Positions 30,089 through 39,216 of a DNA stretch of 64,000 nt are shown piece by piece. A program made the position numbers and the translations under genes. How positions within the stretch are numbered: position 1 is the first letter of the stretch; each line of letters begins with the position of its first letter. This DNA is from Minisyncoccia bacterium (GTDB taxonomy: Bacteria > Patescibacteriota > Minisyncoccia > Phycocordibacterales > UBA9973), in the NCBI GenBank assembly GCA_965656375.1, contig CBFHKH010000001.1:281319-345318 (forward strand), in the 5' to 3' direction. The notes under the pieces were generated by a model. It saw only the letters and a program-made list of their open reading frames with translations. It searched no databases and was not told the DNA's origin.

Positions 30089-30229
30089 TTAATTTGTATA
30101 TACTTCGGTAGTAGTTGTCGTTGTTTCGCGTACACTTGATTTGGATACAGAGAACATGCCTATGAGTATTGCTGCGATAACAAGACCGATAATTATCATA
30201 ATGATATGTATAATACCTCTATTGTACAT
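30089..30229 (-). CDS. Small pilin-like protein, 46 aa (not in ORF track)
   Basis: Hand translation MYNRG-IIHIIMIIIGLVIAAILIGMFSVSKSSVRETTTTTTEVYTN; TATACT 6 nt upstream. Confidence 0.7.
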   Translation of the reverse strand: MYNRGIIHIIMIIIGLVIAAILIGMFSVSKSSVRETTTTTTEVYTN

Positions 30230-30288
30230 ATACCTAGTATATCATATCAAAAAAGAAAATCCCTCTGATCAGAGGGATTTTCTTTTTA

Positions 30289-31320
30289 TTAGAGAGCGCT
30301 GTAAAGTCCTGCTTTGTTCTTTTTGAAATATTTTGAGTTCTGAAGATTAACGAGAATGGTATTTTTCTTGAGGTACCGCTCCTTCATAACCTGTTCGACG
30401 ATATCTTCTTTTGACATTGGGCCATTCTTTCGAAGAAGCTCTTTAATCACATCACGCACTACACCGGACTTATATCCCCATTCTGAAAGTGCGTAAATAC
30501 CGCGACCGACAAGTACAAAACGAGGATCTTTGATGAGTTCATTGTGGCATGTTGCAGTGTGACACTTCTTGTCGAATGTATTTGCAACTGCTTTTGCAAC
30601 TTCACGGAAGTGCATTGGTGAGCCGTGCTTACGCATCATAAGGAATGCATAGTCTTTGACCCCTCGAGTTTTGATACTCGAAGAGGTAGCCTTGCCCCAC
30701 TCTCCGAGAGGGTTGCGGCTAATATTTTTAGACATACTGAGCCAACGTTTTGCCATTTCTTCATTTTTGTATTGTTCAGAAAGGTCTTTCACTTCATCAA
30801 GGAATCGAGCTATAAGCTCAGATTCAGGAACAAGCTCATCATCTGAAAGATTTTCAAAAAGATTCTTGAGTGATTTATGTACTTCTTCTGATACATCGCT
30901 ATCGACACTCCATCTTGTTTTAAAATCATCGTCTTCTTTGTGTTTTGTAAATTCATCACCAAGAGTCAAATAGAGATGAATATGATTTTGTGTAAGTTTA
31001 TCTTTTGAAAGATGATTCAACAGATCCTGTTCAGAAACAATTGCTCCGAGGGTATGTATAAGCTTTTTTAATTCTTCGAATACAGCCTTTTCATCTTTGA
31101 ATGCTTGAGATTTTCGTATTAGCGCAAGTGCTGCGTTCTCAATCTGGCGAACACGCTCACGTGTGATACCGTATTTCTGGCCGATAGCTTCAAGTGTCTT
31201 CCGCTGTGCATCATCAGTGAGGCCAAAGCGATTTGTGATCACCTCGTAGGCGCGATCAGGCAGATGTGAGAGCATCCGCTTTGTAACTTGCTTTGGTTTA
31301 AATGTAACAGTGGTGGCCAT
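30289..31320 (-). CDS. Sigma-70 region 4 HTH + C-terminal HARE-HTH (RNAP delta-like) protein
   Basis: RFGL...TLEAIGQKYGITRERVRQIE; GSPMHFREVA...FVLVGRGIYALSEWG. Confidence 0.8.
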   Translation of the reverse strand: MATTVTFKPKQVTKRMLSHLPDRAYEVITNRFGLTDDAQRKTLEAIGQKYGITRERVRQIENAALALIRKSQAFKDEKAVFEELKKLIHTLGAIVSEQDLLNHLSKDKLTQNHIHLYLTLGDEFTKHKEDDDFKTRWSVDSDVSEEVHKSLKNLFENLSDDELVPESELIARFLDEVKDLSEQYKNEEMAKRWLSMSKNISRNPLGEWGKATSSSIKTRGVKDYAFLMMRKHGSPMHFREVAKAVANTFDKKCHTATCHNELIKDPRFVLVGRGIYALSEWGYKSGVVRDVIKELLRKNGPMSKEDIVEQVMKERYLKKNTILVNLQNSKYFKKNKAGLYSAL

Positions 31321-31425
31321 ATGAATAAAAAATTAAAGTTATAATTAAATTTGTATTTTTATAATATCACTAGTATCAAATAAAGTCAACTTTTGTGGTA
31401 AAATCGGTTAAAAAACCCAGAATAC

Positions 31426-33243
31426 CTATTTTTTACTAGTTGTTTTTGCCTTTGCTCGTGCGGTCTCAGTAAGGAATTTCTTGCGTAAACGGACGTTCTT
31501 TGGTGTAATTTCGAGGTATTCGTCGTCTGCCATAACTTCGAGACCACGCTCAATCGAGAGTTTATATGGGGGCTTCACATTAATTGCTTCATCGGCACCA
31601 CTTGAACGCATGTTTGAGAGCTGTTTACCCTTTGTAGGGTTCACAGACATCTCTTCCCCTTTTGTTACGTTTCCAACTACCATTCCTTCGTACACTTCAT
31701 CACCGTGTTCAATATACAATGTACCTCTTTCCTGAAGAGTCCAGAGTGAGAACGCTGCCGTTTTACCGGCAATCATAGAAGTCATTGAGCCGACATCGCG
31801 TTTCTTTATCTCTCCTGCGTATTCACGAAATTCGATAAACCGTGATGCAAGCAAACCTTCTCCTTTTGTATCGACAACAAACTGACCTCTATAGCCCAAG
31901 AGTCCGCGTGTAGGGATATCAATCAACATACGAGTGATGCCTTCTTTCTCATGCATGTTCGTGATCATTCCACGTCGAGCGGTGAGTTTTTCGATAACTG
32001 CTCCAGCGTATTCATTACGAACATCGATAGTCACTTCTTCATACGGTTCCAATTTTTTGCCACCTTCTTCTTTTATAATAACGTGTGGCTGCGATACTTG
32101 GAGTTCGTATCCTTCGCGACGCATATTCTCAAGTAAAACTGCAATATGAAGTTCTCCGCGACCATAGACAAGGTATCCTTCTTGCATCTCTTCTTCATCC
32201 GTACCATCAAAATTTATTTTAAGCCCTACGTTGATCTCGAGCTCCTTCTCAAGTCGTTCTCGAATCTGACGACTCGTAACGTATTTTCCCTCACGGCCCG
32301 CAAATGGTGAATCGTTAACCAGAAAGTTGAGAGAGATAGTCGGCTCATCGATCGCGATAGAGGGAAGCGCTTTTGTATCTGTAGTATCAGTAAGTGTCTC
32401 ACCGATAAAGACATCTGAAATACCAGCGATAATAGCAATATCCCCTGTGCCGAGAACATCAACTTCTTTACGAGAAATACCTTCGAATGTAAACATTTTG
32501 GTAATACGCGCATTGCGTGAATTACCTTTGTCATCTTTGACGATAAGATTTGAACCAGTCTTTATAGATCCTGCATATGCGCGAGCGATCGCAAGACGAC
32601 CGAGAAAGTTATCATATCCCAAATTAAACACCTGAGCTTGGAATGGCGCATCGTGATCTTTTGAGGCTTCTGGAACCTCTTGTAGCACAAGATCAAGAAG
32701 TGGAGTGAGATCTTTAGATTCATCCTCCAAATTTAGCTTTGCAATTCCTTGGCGACCAATTGCATAAATAGTTTTAAAGTCGATTTGTGCGTCTGTCGCG
32801 CCGAGTTCTATAAAGAGTTCGAGAATCTCATCATGAACACGGTGTGGATTCGCAGCAGGTTTATCGATCTTATTTATCACAACGATTGGTTTGAGGCCAA
32901 GTTCGAGTGATTTCTTGAGTACAAACCGGGTCTGCGGCATCGGACCCTCTTGAGCATCAACAAGAAGAAGAACCGAGTCAATCGCACGAAGCACACGTTC
33001 TACTTCTGAACCAAAGTCGCTGTGGCCCGGTGTATCAACAATATTGATTTTAGTCCCTTTGTAATTTACCGAAGTATTCTTTGAGTAAATGGTAATACCA
33101 CGCTCTTGTTCGAGAGCGTTTGAGTCCATTGTGGCACCGTCATCATTCATGCCACATTGCTTCATTAACTCATCGGTAAGTGTGGTCTTACCATGGTCCA
33201 CGTGAGCGATGATAGCGATATTTCGAATTTCTGTTGGTTTCAT
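31426..33243 (-). CDS. typA: Translational GTPase TypA/BipA
   Basis: [40 protein letters not shown]. Confidence 0.97.
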   Translation of the reverse strand: MKPTEIRNIAIIAHVDHGKTTLTDELMKQCGMNDDGATMDSNALEQERGITIYSKNTSVNYKGTKINIVDTPGHSDFGSEVERVLRAIDSVLLLVDAQEGPMPQTRFVLKKSLELGLKPIVVINKIDKPAANPHRVHDEILELFIELGATDAQIDFKTIYAIGRQGIAKLNLEDESKDLTPLLDLVLQEVPEASKDHDAPFQAQVFNLGYDNFLGRLAIARAYAGSIKTGSNLIVKDDKGNSRNARITKMFTFEGISRKEVDVLGTGDIAIIAGISDVFIGETLTDTTDTKALPSIAIDEPTISLNFLVNDSPFAGREGKYVTSRQIRERLEKELEINVGLKINFDGTDEEEMQEGYLVYGRGELHIAVLLENMRREGYELQVSQPHVIIKEEGGKKLEPYEEVTIDVRNEYAGAVIEKLTARRGMITNMHEKEGITRMLIDIPTRGLLGYRGQFVVDTKGEGLLASRFIEFREYAGEIKKRDVGSMTSMIAGKTAAFSLWTLQERGTLYIEHGDEVYEGMVVGNVTKGEEMSVNPTKGKQLSNMRSSGADEAINVKPPYKLSIERGLEVMADDEYLEITPKNVRLRKKFLTETARAKAKTTSKK

Positions 33244-33333
33244 GTACTAGTTGTGTAATTAGGATAAAAAATAAAACGCCATGTGGCGAAATGTAAATTT
33301 AATATATCATAGATTTTTAAGAATGTAAAATAC

Positions 33334-34428
33334 CTATAATAATTTTACAATGTCATTATATGTGATAACTACCATAAGTATCATAAGTAAAATGAAACCA
33401 ATGGCATTGGCAGTATTTGCAAAACTCGGCTTGATTCGAGATCCTTTTATTTTTTCTATTAGCAGGAAGAGAAGTCGCCCACCATCAAGTGCTGGGAATG
33501 GTATAAGGTTAATTACTGCGAGATTGATAGAAATAAGTGCAGTAAATGAAAGAAGATAGATGAATCCAAACTCTGCTGCATCCCCTACTACTCCGACAAT
33601 TCCCACAGGTCCAGTCACAGAAGAGAGATTCCCATGGCCCATAACACTATCATGTATGAGCGTATAAAATCCATGTACTGTTGCAAGAACAATATTCCAT
33701 GAAAGTTTTAATCCTTCCCAGAGTGCTTTGTGAATTGGGAGTTTTAATGTGCCAATAATATCCATACTAATACCAATCATCGGTGTATGAGTTGTCTCAT
33801 TTGTTTCTGGAGTAATTATTGTTTCTTGATTTGCTTTGCCTCGTATATATGAAACAGTAATAGGTTCACCATTGTGCCGTCTAACAAAGTACTGCACACT
33901 CTCTGCTGAAGGAGTTTCGGTGGTATCTGTAGGTGTTTCTAGATGCATGATCTTATCACCAATTTTAAGTCCAGCTTTTTCTGCAGGAGAACTTGCCACA
34001 ACACTTGTAACAGTAAGAGCTTGATCATGTATTGTCACACCGCTTGGTGCTGTACCGACTGATGTTGGAAGTCCAGACATGAATCCAACAGAAAGCAGCA
34101 GCCACGCAACAAGGAAATTCATGACCACCCCGGCGACCATTACCGAAGCTTGAACAGCTTTAGATTTATAGACAATACTCCGTGCTTTATCAGGACCATT
34201 GATAGAATCCTCATCTGGATTCTCACCAAAGATCTTTACATATCCTCCAATAGGAAACGCATTAAAACGGTATGTAGTCTCACCTCTTTTAATACTCAAC
34301 AGTTTTGGACCCATGCCGAATGCAAATTCATCTACGCGTATACCGTTTTTCTTTGCAACAATAAAATGCCCCCATTCATGAGCAATAACGAGCACAAGCA
34401 AAATTAGTATAAAAATAATAATATTCAT
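33334..34428 (-). CDS. rseP: RIP metalloprotease RseP
   Basis: HEWGH, PDZ domain, NLIPFPALDGG. Confidence 0.95.
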   Translation of the reverse strand: MNIIIFILILLVLVIAHEWGHFIVAKKNGIRVDEFAFGMGPKLLSIKRGETTYRFNAFPIGGYVKIFGENPDEDSINGPDKARSIVYKSKAVQASVMVAGVVMNFLVAWLLLSVGFMSGLPTSVGTAPSGVTIHDQALTVTSVVASSPAEKAGLKIGDKIMHLETPTDTTETPSAESVQYFVRRHNGEPITVSYIRGKANQETIITPETNETTHTPMIGISMDIIGTLKLPIHKALWEGLKLSWNIVLATVHGFYTLIHDSVMGHGNLSSVTGPVGIVGVVGDAAEFGFIYLLSFTALISINLAVINLIPFPALDGGRLLFLLIEKIKGSRIKPSFANTANAIGFILLMILMVVITYNDIVKLL

Positions 34429-34441
34429 TTAAGTTTTAAAA

Positions 34442-35026
34442 TTATATCACAAAATCTTGTATCTTCTTAATAACAGCAGGGTTACTGAGATCAATTTTTG
34501 CAATATAAATAACGGGCTCTGGAGAAGGAACTTTCGAATTCTTCATATGCACCTGAGAAACTTCGAAACCAAAAGACTTATAATTATTAAGTGATTTTTG
34601 ATTCCAAGCTATGAAACCAGCATCAGCTTCAGTTCCACCTCGTTTTAATATTTCTTTAAGTCTCAGAGCTATCATTTTCTTCTGAATACCCTGACCTCTA
34701 AATTCTCTTTTTACATAATCCCATTGAAGTCTCCAGATAGTATCTGTTTTGGATTTTTTAATAGCACGTCCAAATCCAGCATATTCGGTTTGAGTTTTTG
34801 GTAATACAAAAATTTTATCCTGGGAAAGTATGTCATTTTGCCACTCTTCTTTCGTTTTATTTTTTTCTTGCTCCAATTCTTCTTCTGTGATATATCCAAA
34901 CATTTCAGAATAGTCACCCGATATTTCCAAAAGTCTAAGTTCTTTGCATTTTTCCCAATCATCTATAGTTGCAAATTCTATTTTTACAGGAGCTTGCTCT
35001 TGATGGGGATTAAATCTTTCTATCAT
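34442..35026 (-). CDS. GNAT family N-acetyltransferase
   Basis: YVKREFRGQGIQ, NQKSLNNYKSFGF. Confidence 0.85.
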   Translation of the reverse strand: MIERFNPHQEQAPVKIEFATIDDWEKCKELRLLEISGDYSEMFGYITEEELEQEKNKTKEEWQNDILSQDKIFVLPKTQTEYAGFGRAIKKSKTDTIWRLQWDYVKREFRGQGIQKKMIALRLKEILKRGGTEADAGFIAWNQKSLNNYKSFGFEVSQVHMKNSKVPSPEPVIYIAKIDLSNPAVIKKIQDFVI

Positions 35027-35030
35027 AGAG

Positions 35031-35564
35031 TTAATTCATCACATCTATTTCTTTCTTTGCAAATATTGCTTCGAGGTTTTGGTTCGATTCATCAACACAT
35101 TTCTGAATATCTTCTTTTGCTCGCTTCATATCGTCTTCTGGCATATCTTTGAGATTGTCCATTTCGTCCTGGCGTGCTTTACGAACACTGATACGAGCAT
35201 CCTCGAGTTTTTCTTTTAAGATCTTCGCAAGTTTTGTACGATTCTCTGTTGTAAGCATTGGAAATATAACCCGAACACCATCACTATCGGACATGACTGA
35301 AAGCCCAAGGTCAGCTTCATTAATTGCGCTTTCTATATCTCTGATTTGATTTTTGTCCCATGGAGCGACGCGAAGTGTTTTTGAATCCTCGATTGTTATT
35401 CCTGCGACATTTTTGATGGGCATTCTCGATCCATAGCTCTCAACTGAAATACTATCGAGGATCATTGGAGTTGCTTTACCAGTATGCACTGAAGAGTACT
35501 CCTTCGAAAGCCATTCTTCTATTTTTCGTAATTCTTGTTTTAAATTCGCCGTATTGTATGCCAT
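35031..35564 (-). CDS. frr: Ribosome recycling factor
   Basis: TGKATP, YGSRMPI, PWDK, ARISVR. Confidence 0.96.
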   Translation of the reverse strand: MAYNTANLKQELRKIEEWLSKEYSSVHTGKATPMILDSISVESYGSRMPIKNVAGITIEDSKTLRVAPWDKNQIRDIESAINEADLGLSVMSDSDGVRVIFPMLTTENRTKLAKILKEKLEDARISVRKARQDEMDNLKDMPEDDMKRAKEDIQKCVDESNQNLEAIFAKKEIDVMN

Positions 35565-35574
35565 ATAAAATATA

Positions 35575-36270
35575 TTATAGCACAAGGGCTATGTGTTCTA
35601 AAATCATTTTCACCGAAGCTCCCGGCGTGCTTAAATAGTCACGGCTATTTTCTAACTCTCTCAGAATAAATCTTATTTTTTCATCTTTTATATTTGATTT
35701 GAACTTCTTATATAGTGTGCGCTCTATTTCATTTATAAGGGCTGTAGCTTGGTATCGAAGCTCACCGCTTGTCTCATTGTCTTTATTTTCTTTTATGAGA
35801 TCAGCTACCAATTCAATTCGTTCCCGTGGCGTTGATTTGATGAAAGCTTCTGATTTCTTTGACGGAGAATCACCAATCCCGCCTACCTTTATAAGGTGGG
35901 TTCGAGACTGAATCGTATCGGCAAGCATAGCGGCACGTGGCACAACAAGAAAAAAGTGTGTGTCAGCTTGCGGCTCTTCAATGATCTTAAGGAGAGATTG
36001 CTCAGCTTCCCGATTGATAAACTTTGCTCCGATGATACAAACTCTTTTCTGTTCGGTAAGACCACGAGTACTATGCCATTCCTTTATAGTCTGTGCGTCA
36101 GCAATCGTAAATGATTCATATATATGGTGAAAAAAATCTGGATTACGTGCTCCTATATCTTCGCGTCCTTCGAGAAATACACGCAGAAGATCGACGGTAT
36201 CACTTGGATCCCCTTCGACGATATAACTATGATAGAGATCGGTTGGAAAAAGTTTTGCCAAGCTATTCAT
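35575..36270 (-). CDS. DNA polymerase III delta-prime-like protein (shortened)
   Basis: EAEQSLLKIIEEP, TIQSRT. Confidence 0.75.
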   Translation of the reverse strand: MNSLAKLFPTDLYHSYIVEGDPSDTVDLLRVFLEGREDIGARNPDFFHHIYESFTIADAQTIKEWHSTRGLTEQKRVCIIGAKFINREAEQSLLKIIEEPQADTHFFLVVPRAAMLADTIQSRTHLIKVGGIGDSPSKKSEAFIKSTPRERIELVADLIKENKDNETSGELRYQATALINEIERTLYKKFKSNIKDEKIRFILRELENSRDYLSTPGASVKMILEHIALVL

Positions 36271-36274
36271 AGCT

Positions 36275-37342
36275 TTATTGTACCTCAAGCGGGAATATAT
36301 CCGAAAGTTCGCCAGAATAATAGAATTCGTATGCAATATCTCCGAATGCATAATCGACTCCGTTTATATTTATGATCGTTCCACCTACTTTTGGATCTGC
36401 TTTTGGCTGTGAATAATAAAATCCAAGATTATAGAGCGTAGCAAGTACATCCGGTCGATTGCTAATATCATATCCAGCTTGCTTCCACTGGGCTTCTATT
36501 TGCCTCATATAAAGTCCAATATACAAATATGAATAATATGGATTCTTTGGATCAGTAATACGCGTAAGTCGAGCACTTTCGGTATCTTCTCCTGGGCTAT
36601 AATCAACTATATGTTCCATATCTCTACCCAGATAAAACGGTGATTTAGTATCTTTCAAATATGTCTCAATGGTCGCAACAGTTTTAGGCTTGAGTCCAGC
36701 GATACCGAATGAAGTATTCGAAAGTGAAGCAAGAATTTTGAGTGGTTCAAAATAGCTTTTGAAAGATTCGCGTCTACTATTGAAAAATCTAAATTGTTCG
36801 CCAATCACACCTGAGAGGATGAGTCGCGGTGAAATACCTGCATCATGTGCAGCTTTCCGAATAATATCCTGATCACGAGTAAAGACATTTTTCATCAGAT
36901 CCCACTGATCAGTATCTGCCCAGTTGAACGCGGAAAGCGGAACATTGAATGTTTGCGTGCTCGGAGCATTACAATTATTCATGAGAATACGAAAGCTTGG
37001 ATCACTTTCGAAGCGTTTAGAAGCAACACGGACCATTTGCTGAAGAAGAGTCTCAGTACCACCCCGCGAAAGAGTTTTATAAATATTTGTAGCAGTTAAC
37101 GGCGCGTATTTACCAAGCACATTTATCCGGCACGTAAGAACGAGATCGCTCGAAAGAGTATGTTCATCATTCGATGCTTTTTGGATATTGAAATATGAAT
37201 TACGCTCAGAGATAGACCCCTTTACGTTTAGGAGGCCTGTATGCATCGCTATATATACGGCCACAAATATAAGCCCTATCACAGCAAAGATATAGAGAAG
37301 TACGCGAAATATTTTTTTGTAAATATTTGTAGTATATTTCAT
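36275..37342 (-). CDS. Membrane-anchored hypothetical protein, possible lysozyme-like fold
   Basis: TM; AAHDAGISPRLILSGVIGEQ, SFGIAG, ATLYNLG. Confidence 0.6.
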   Translation of the reverse strand: MKYTTNIYKKIFRVLLYIFAVIGLIFVAVYIAMHTGLLNVKGSISERNSYFNIQKASNDEHTLSSDLVLTCRINVLGKYAPLTATNIYKTLSRGGTETLLQQMVRVASKRFESDPSFRILMNNCNAPSTQTFNVPLSAFNWADTDQWDLMKNVFTRDQDIIRKAAHDAGISPRLILSGVIGEQFRFFNSRRESFKSYFEPLKILASLSNTSFGIAGLKPKTVATIETYLKDTKSPFYLGRDMEHIVDYSPGEDTESARLTRITDPKNPYYSYLYIGLYMRQIEAQWKQAGYDISNRPDVLATLYNLGFYYSQPKADPKVGGTIININGVDYAFGDIAYEFYYSGELSDIFPLEVQ

Positions 37343-37344
37343 TC

Positions 37345-38364
37345 TTATCGTTTACTGAGAATTGTTTTTTTGTATGTATCGAGGTGATTAAGAGCTTCCC
37401 CTGTTCCCTTTGCAACACAAAGAAGCGGCTCATCAGCAACACGAGCTTTGACACCAGTTCGTCTATAGATCAAATCAGCGAGATTCCGAAGCTGCGATGT
37501 ACCGCCCGTCATAATAACACCATCATCTATGATATCTGATGCAAGTTCCGGTGGTGTCAACGCAAGGACATCTTTGACTGCGTTGATCATCATACGCAAT
37601 TCTTTATCAATAGCGCGTACAATCTCGTTTGTAGATATTTGGGCTGTGCGCGGAAGCCCTTGGATGAAGTCACGTCCTTTGATAGTAATGACAAGTTCTT
37701 CTTCAAGCGGCACTGCTGCACCAATTTTCATTTTAATTGCTTCAGCTGTTTTGTCCCCGATTGCCAAATTGAATGTCTTTTTAATATAGTCAGCAATTGC
37801 CTGGTCGATCTTGTCTCCCGCGCATTTGACTGATGTCGAAGCGACAATACCGCCAAGAGAGATAACTGCAACGTCTGTTGTTCCTCCCCCAATATCCATA
37901 ATCATATGACCTTTTGATTCTTGAATAGGGATTCCCGCACCAATAGCAGCAAGAATTGGTTCCTTCACAATATATGCGTTCTTTGCCCCAGCACGAACTG
38001 CTGCTTCGATAACTGCACGGCGTTCTGTTGAGGTGATACCTGCAGGTACGGAGACCATCACATCCGGTTTCCAGAGATTATATTTACCAAGAGCTTTGTT
38101 TATAAAATACCGGAGCATTGCTTCAGTGACCCGATAATCAGCGATCACTCCATCTTTCATCGGACGGTATACAATAATGCTTTCTGGGGTTTTACCGATC
38201 ATCTCCTTTGCCTCAAGTCCGATAGCAAGTATTGAATTATCTTGCTCTGAAACAGCTACCACTGAAGGCTCATTTAAAACAATGCCTTTTGTTGGCAAAT
38301 ACACAAGAGTATTGGCAGTCCCTAGATCTATACCTAATTTTTTAGAAAAAAATGCCATATGCAT
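37345..38364 (-). CDS. mreB: Rod shape-determining protein MreB
   Basis: GIDLGTANT, EPSVVA, DIGGGTT, TGGTSQL. Confidence 0.98.
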   Translation of the reverse strand: MHMAFFSKKLGIDLGTANTLVYLPTKGIVLNEPSVVAVSEQDNSILAIGLEAKEMIGKTPESIIVYRPMKDGVIADYRVTEAMLRYFINKALGKYNLWKPDVMVSVPAGITSTERRAVIEAAVRAGAKNAYIVKEPILAAIGAGIPIQESKGHMIMDIGGGTTDVAVISLGGIVASTSVKCAGDKIDQAIADYIKKTFNLAIGDKTAEAIKMKIGAAVPLEEELVITIKGRDFIQGLPRTAQISTNEIVRAIDKELRMMINAVKDVLALTPPELASDIIDDGVIMTGGTSQLRNLADLIYRRTGVKARVADEPLLCVAKGTGEALNHLDTYKKTILSKR

Positions 38365-38432
38365 TGCTACTATAGCATAAAATTATAATAACTAAGTATA
38401 TTTCATACTAGTGTTTGATATCAAGATTAGAT

Positions 38433-38461
38433 TTGACAAAATTTAAGAAATACATTATAGT
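38433..38461 (+). promoter_or_regulatory. Sigma70-type promoter
   Basis: TTGACA-17 nt-TATAGT. Confidence 0.8.
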
Positions 38462-38501
38462 TTTTAAAAAATAATTACATTCAACTTTAAAAAACCAACT
38501 C

Positions 38502-39116
38502 ATGAATCAGACAGAAAAATTGAATTTAATCTCAGATGTTATTAAAAAACTAGCTGGAAATAATGCATGCACATGGTTTGAGGCCGTTAATGCAGCAATA
38601 AATAAAAAAGAATACTGGAAGGATATTAATGTAATTCCTAACAAAATATCTGTTGGAAAATTAACAGAAAAAACTTTGATACATCGACTCAATAGTATTA
38701 AATGTGAAATTCTTTATTATGCAAAAAAATTAATGGAGCATGAGGATTTCTACATTACAAAATCGAGATCAAAAGTGAAATTTGCAATTGTACCAACAGC
38801 GACTTTCATGAGGAAGGAAGATAATAAAAATGGCTATCCGATTGAAGAATTGATTGAAAAAATAAGACGTAGTCCAAAATATGGATTATGTGAACCTTCA
38901 GATGCTTTTTTTGTACGTTTGGATTATCACAATCAATCCTTGGCACAAACACTACTTACAGCAATGGACCCAATTACAATATCAAAAACAGGGAATCCTG
39001 GCGGTGTGTTCTGTCTTAAGACCAGCGAAGATAATACAGAGACTATTGATAGCTATCAACACTATCCTCACCTAAGTTTGTATAATCACGTACCGTGGCT
39101 TGTGAGAGTAAAGTAA
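38502..39116 (+). CDS. Hypothetical protein (AT-rich accessory cassette)
   Basis: 204-aa ORF with own promoter, A-rich leader and terminator at 39142-39178. Confidence 0.75.
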   Translation: MNQTEKLNLISDVIKKLAGNNACTWFEAVNAAINKKEYWKDINVIPNKISVGKLTEKTLIHRLNSIKCEILYYAKKLMEHEDFYITKSRSKVKFAIVPTATFMRKEDNKNGYPIEELIEKIRRSPKYGLCEPSDAFFVRLDYHNQSLAQTLLTAMDPITISKTGNPGGVFCLKTSEDNTETIDSYQHYPHLSLYNHVPWLVRVK

Positions 39117-39216
39117 TTAAAAAACATATTAGAGAATCTAGACTCCTTTGCAAGGTAATAAACCAGCAAAGGAGTTTTATTATTTAATTATCTTCGTCCT
39201 ATGCTAGGATAAAGGT

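Noticed and set aside
33270-33290. Small terminator-like hairpin upstream of typA as an attenuator
   Set aside because: Only a 4-5 bp stem; equally explained as the rseP terminator.
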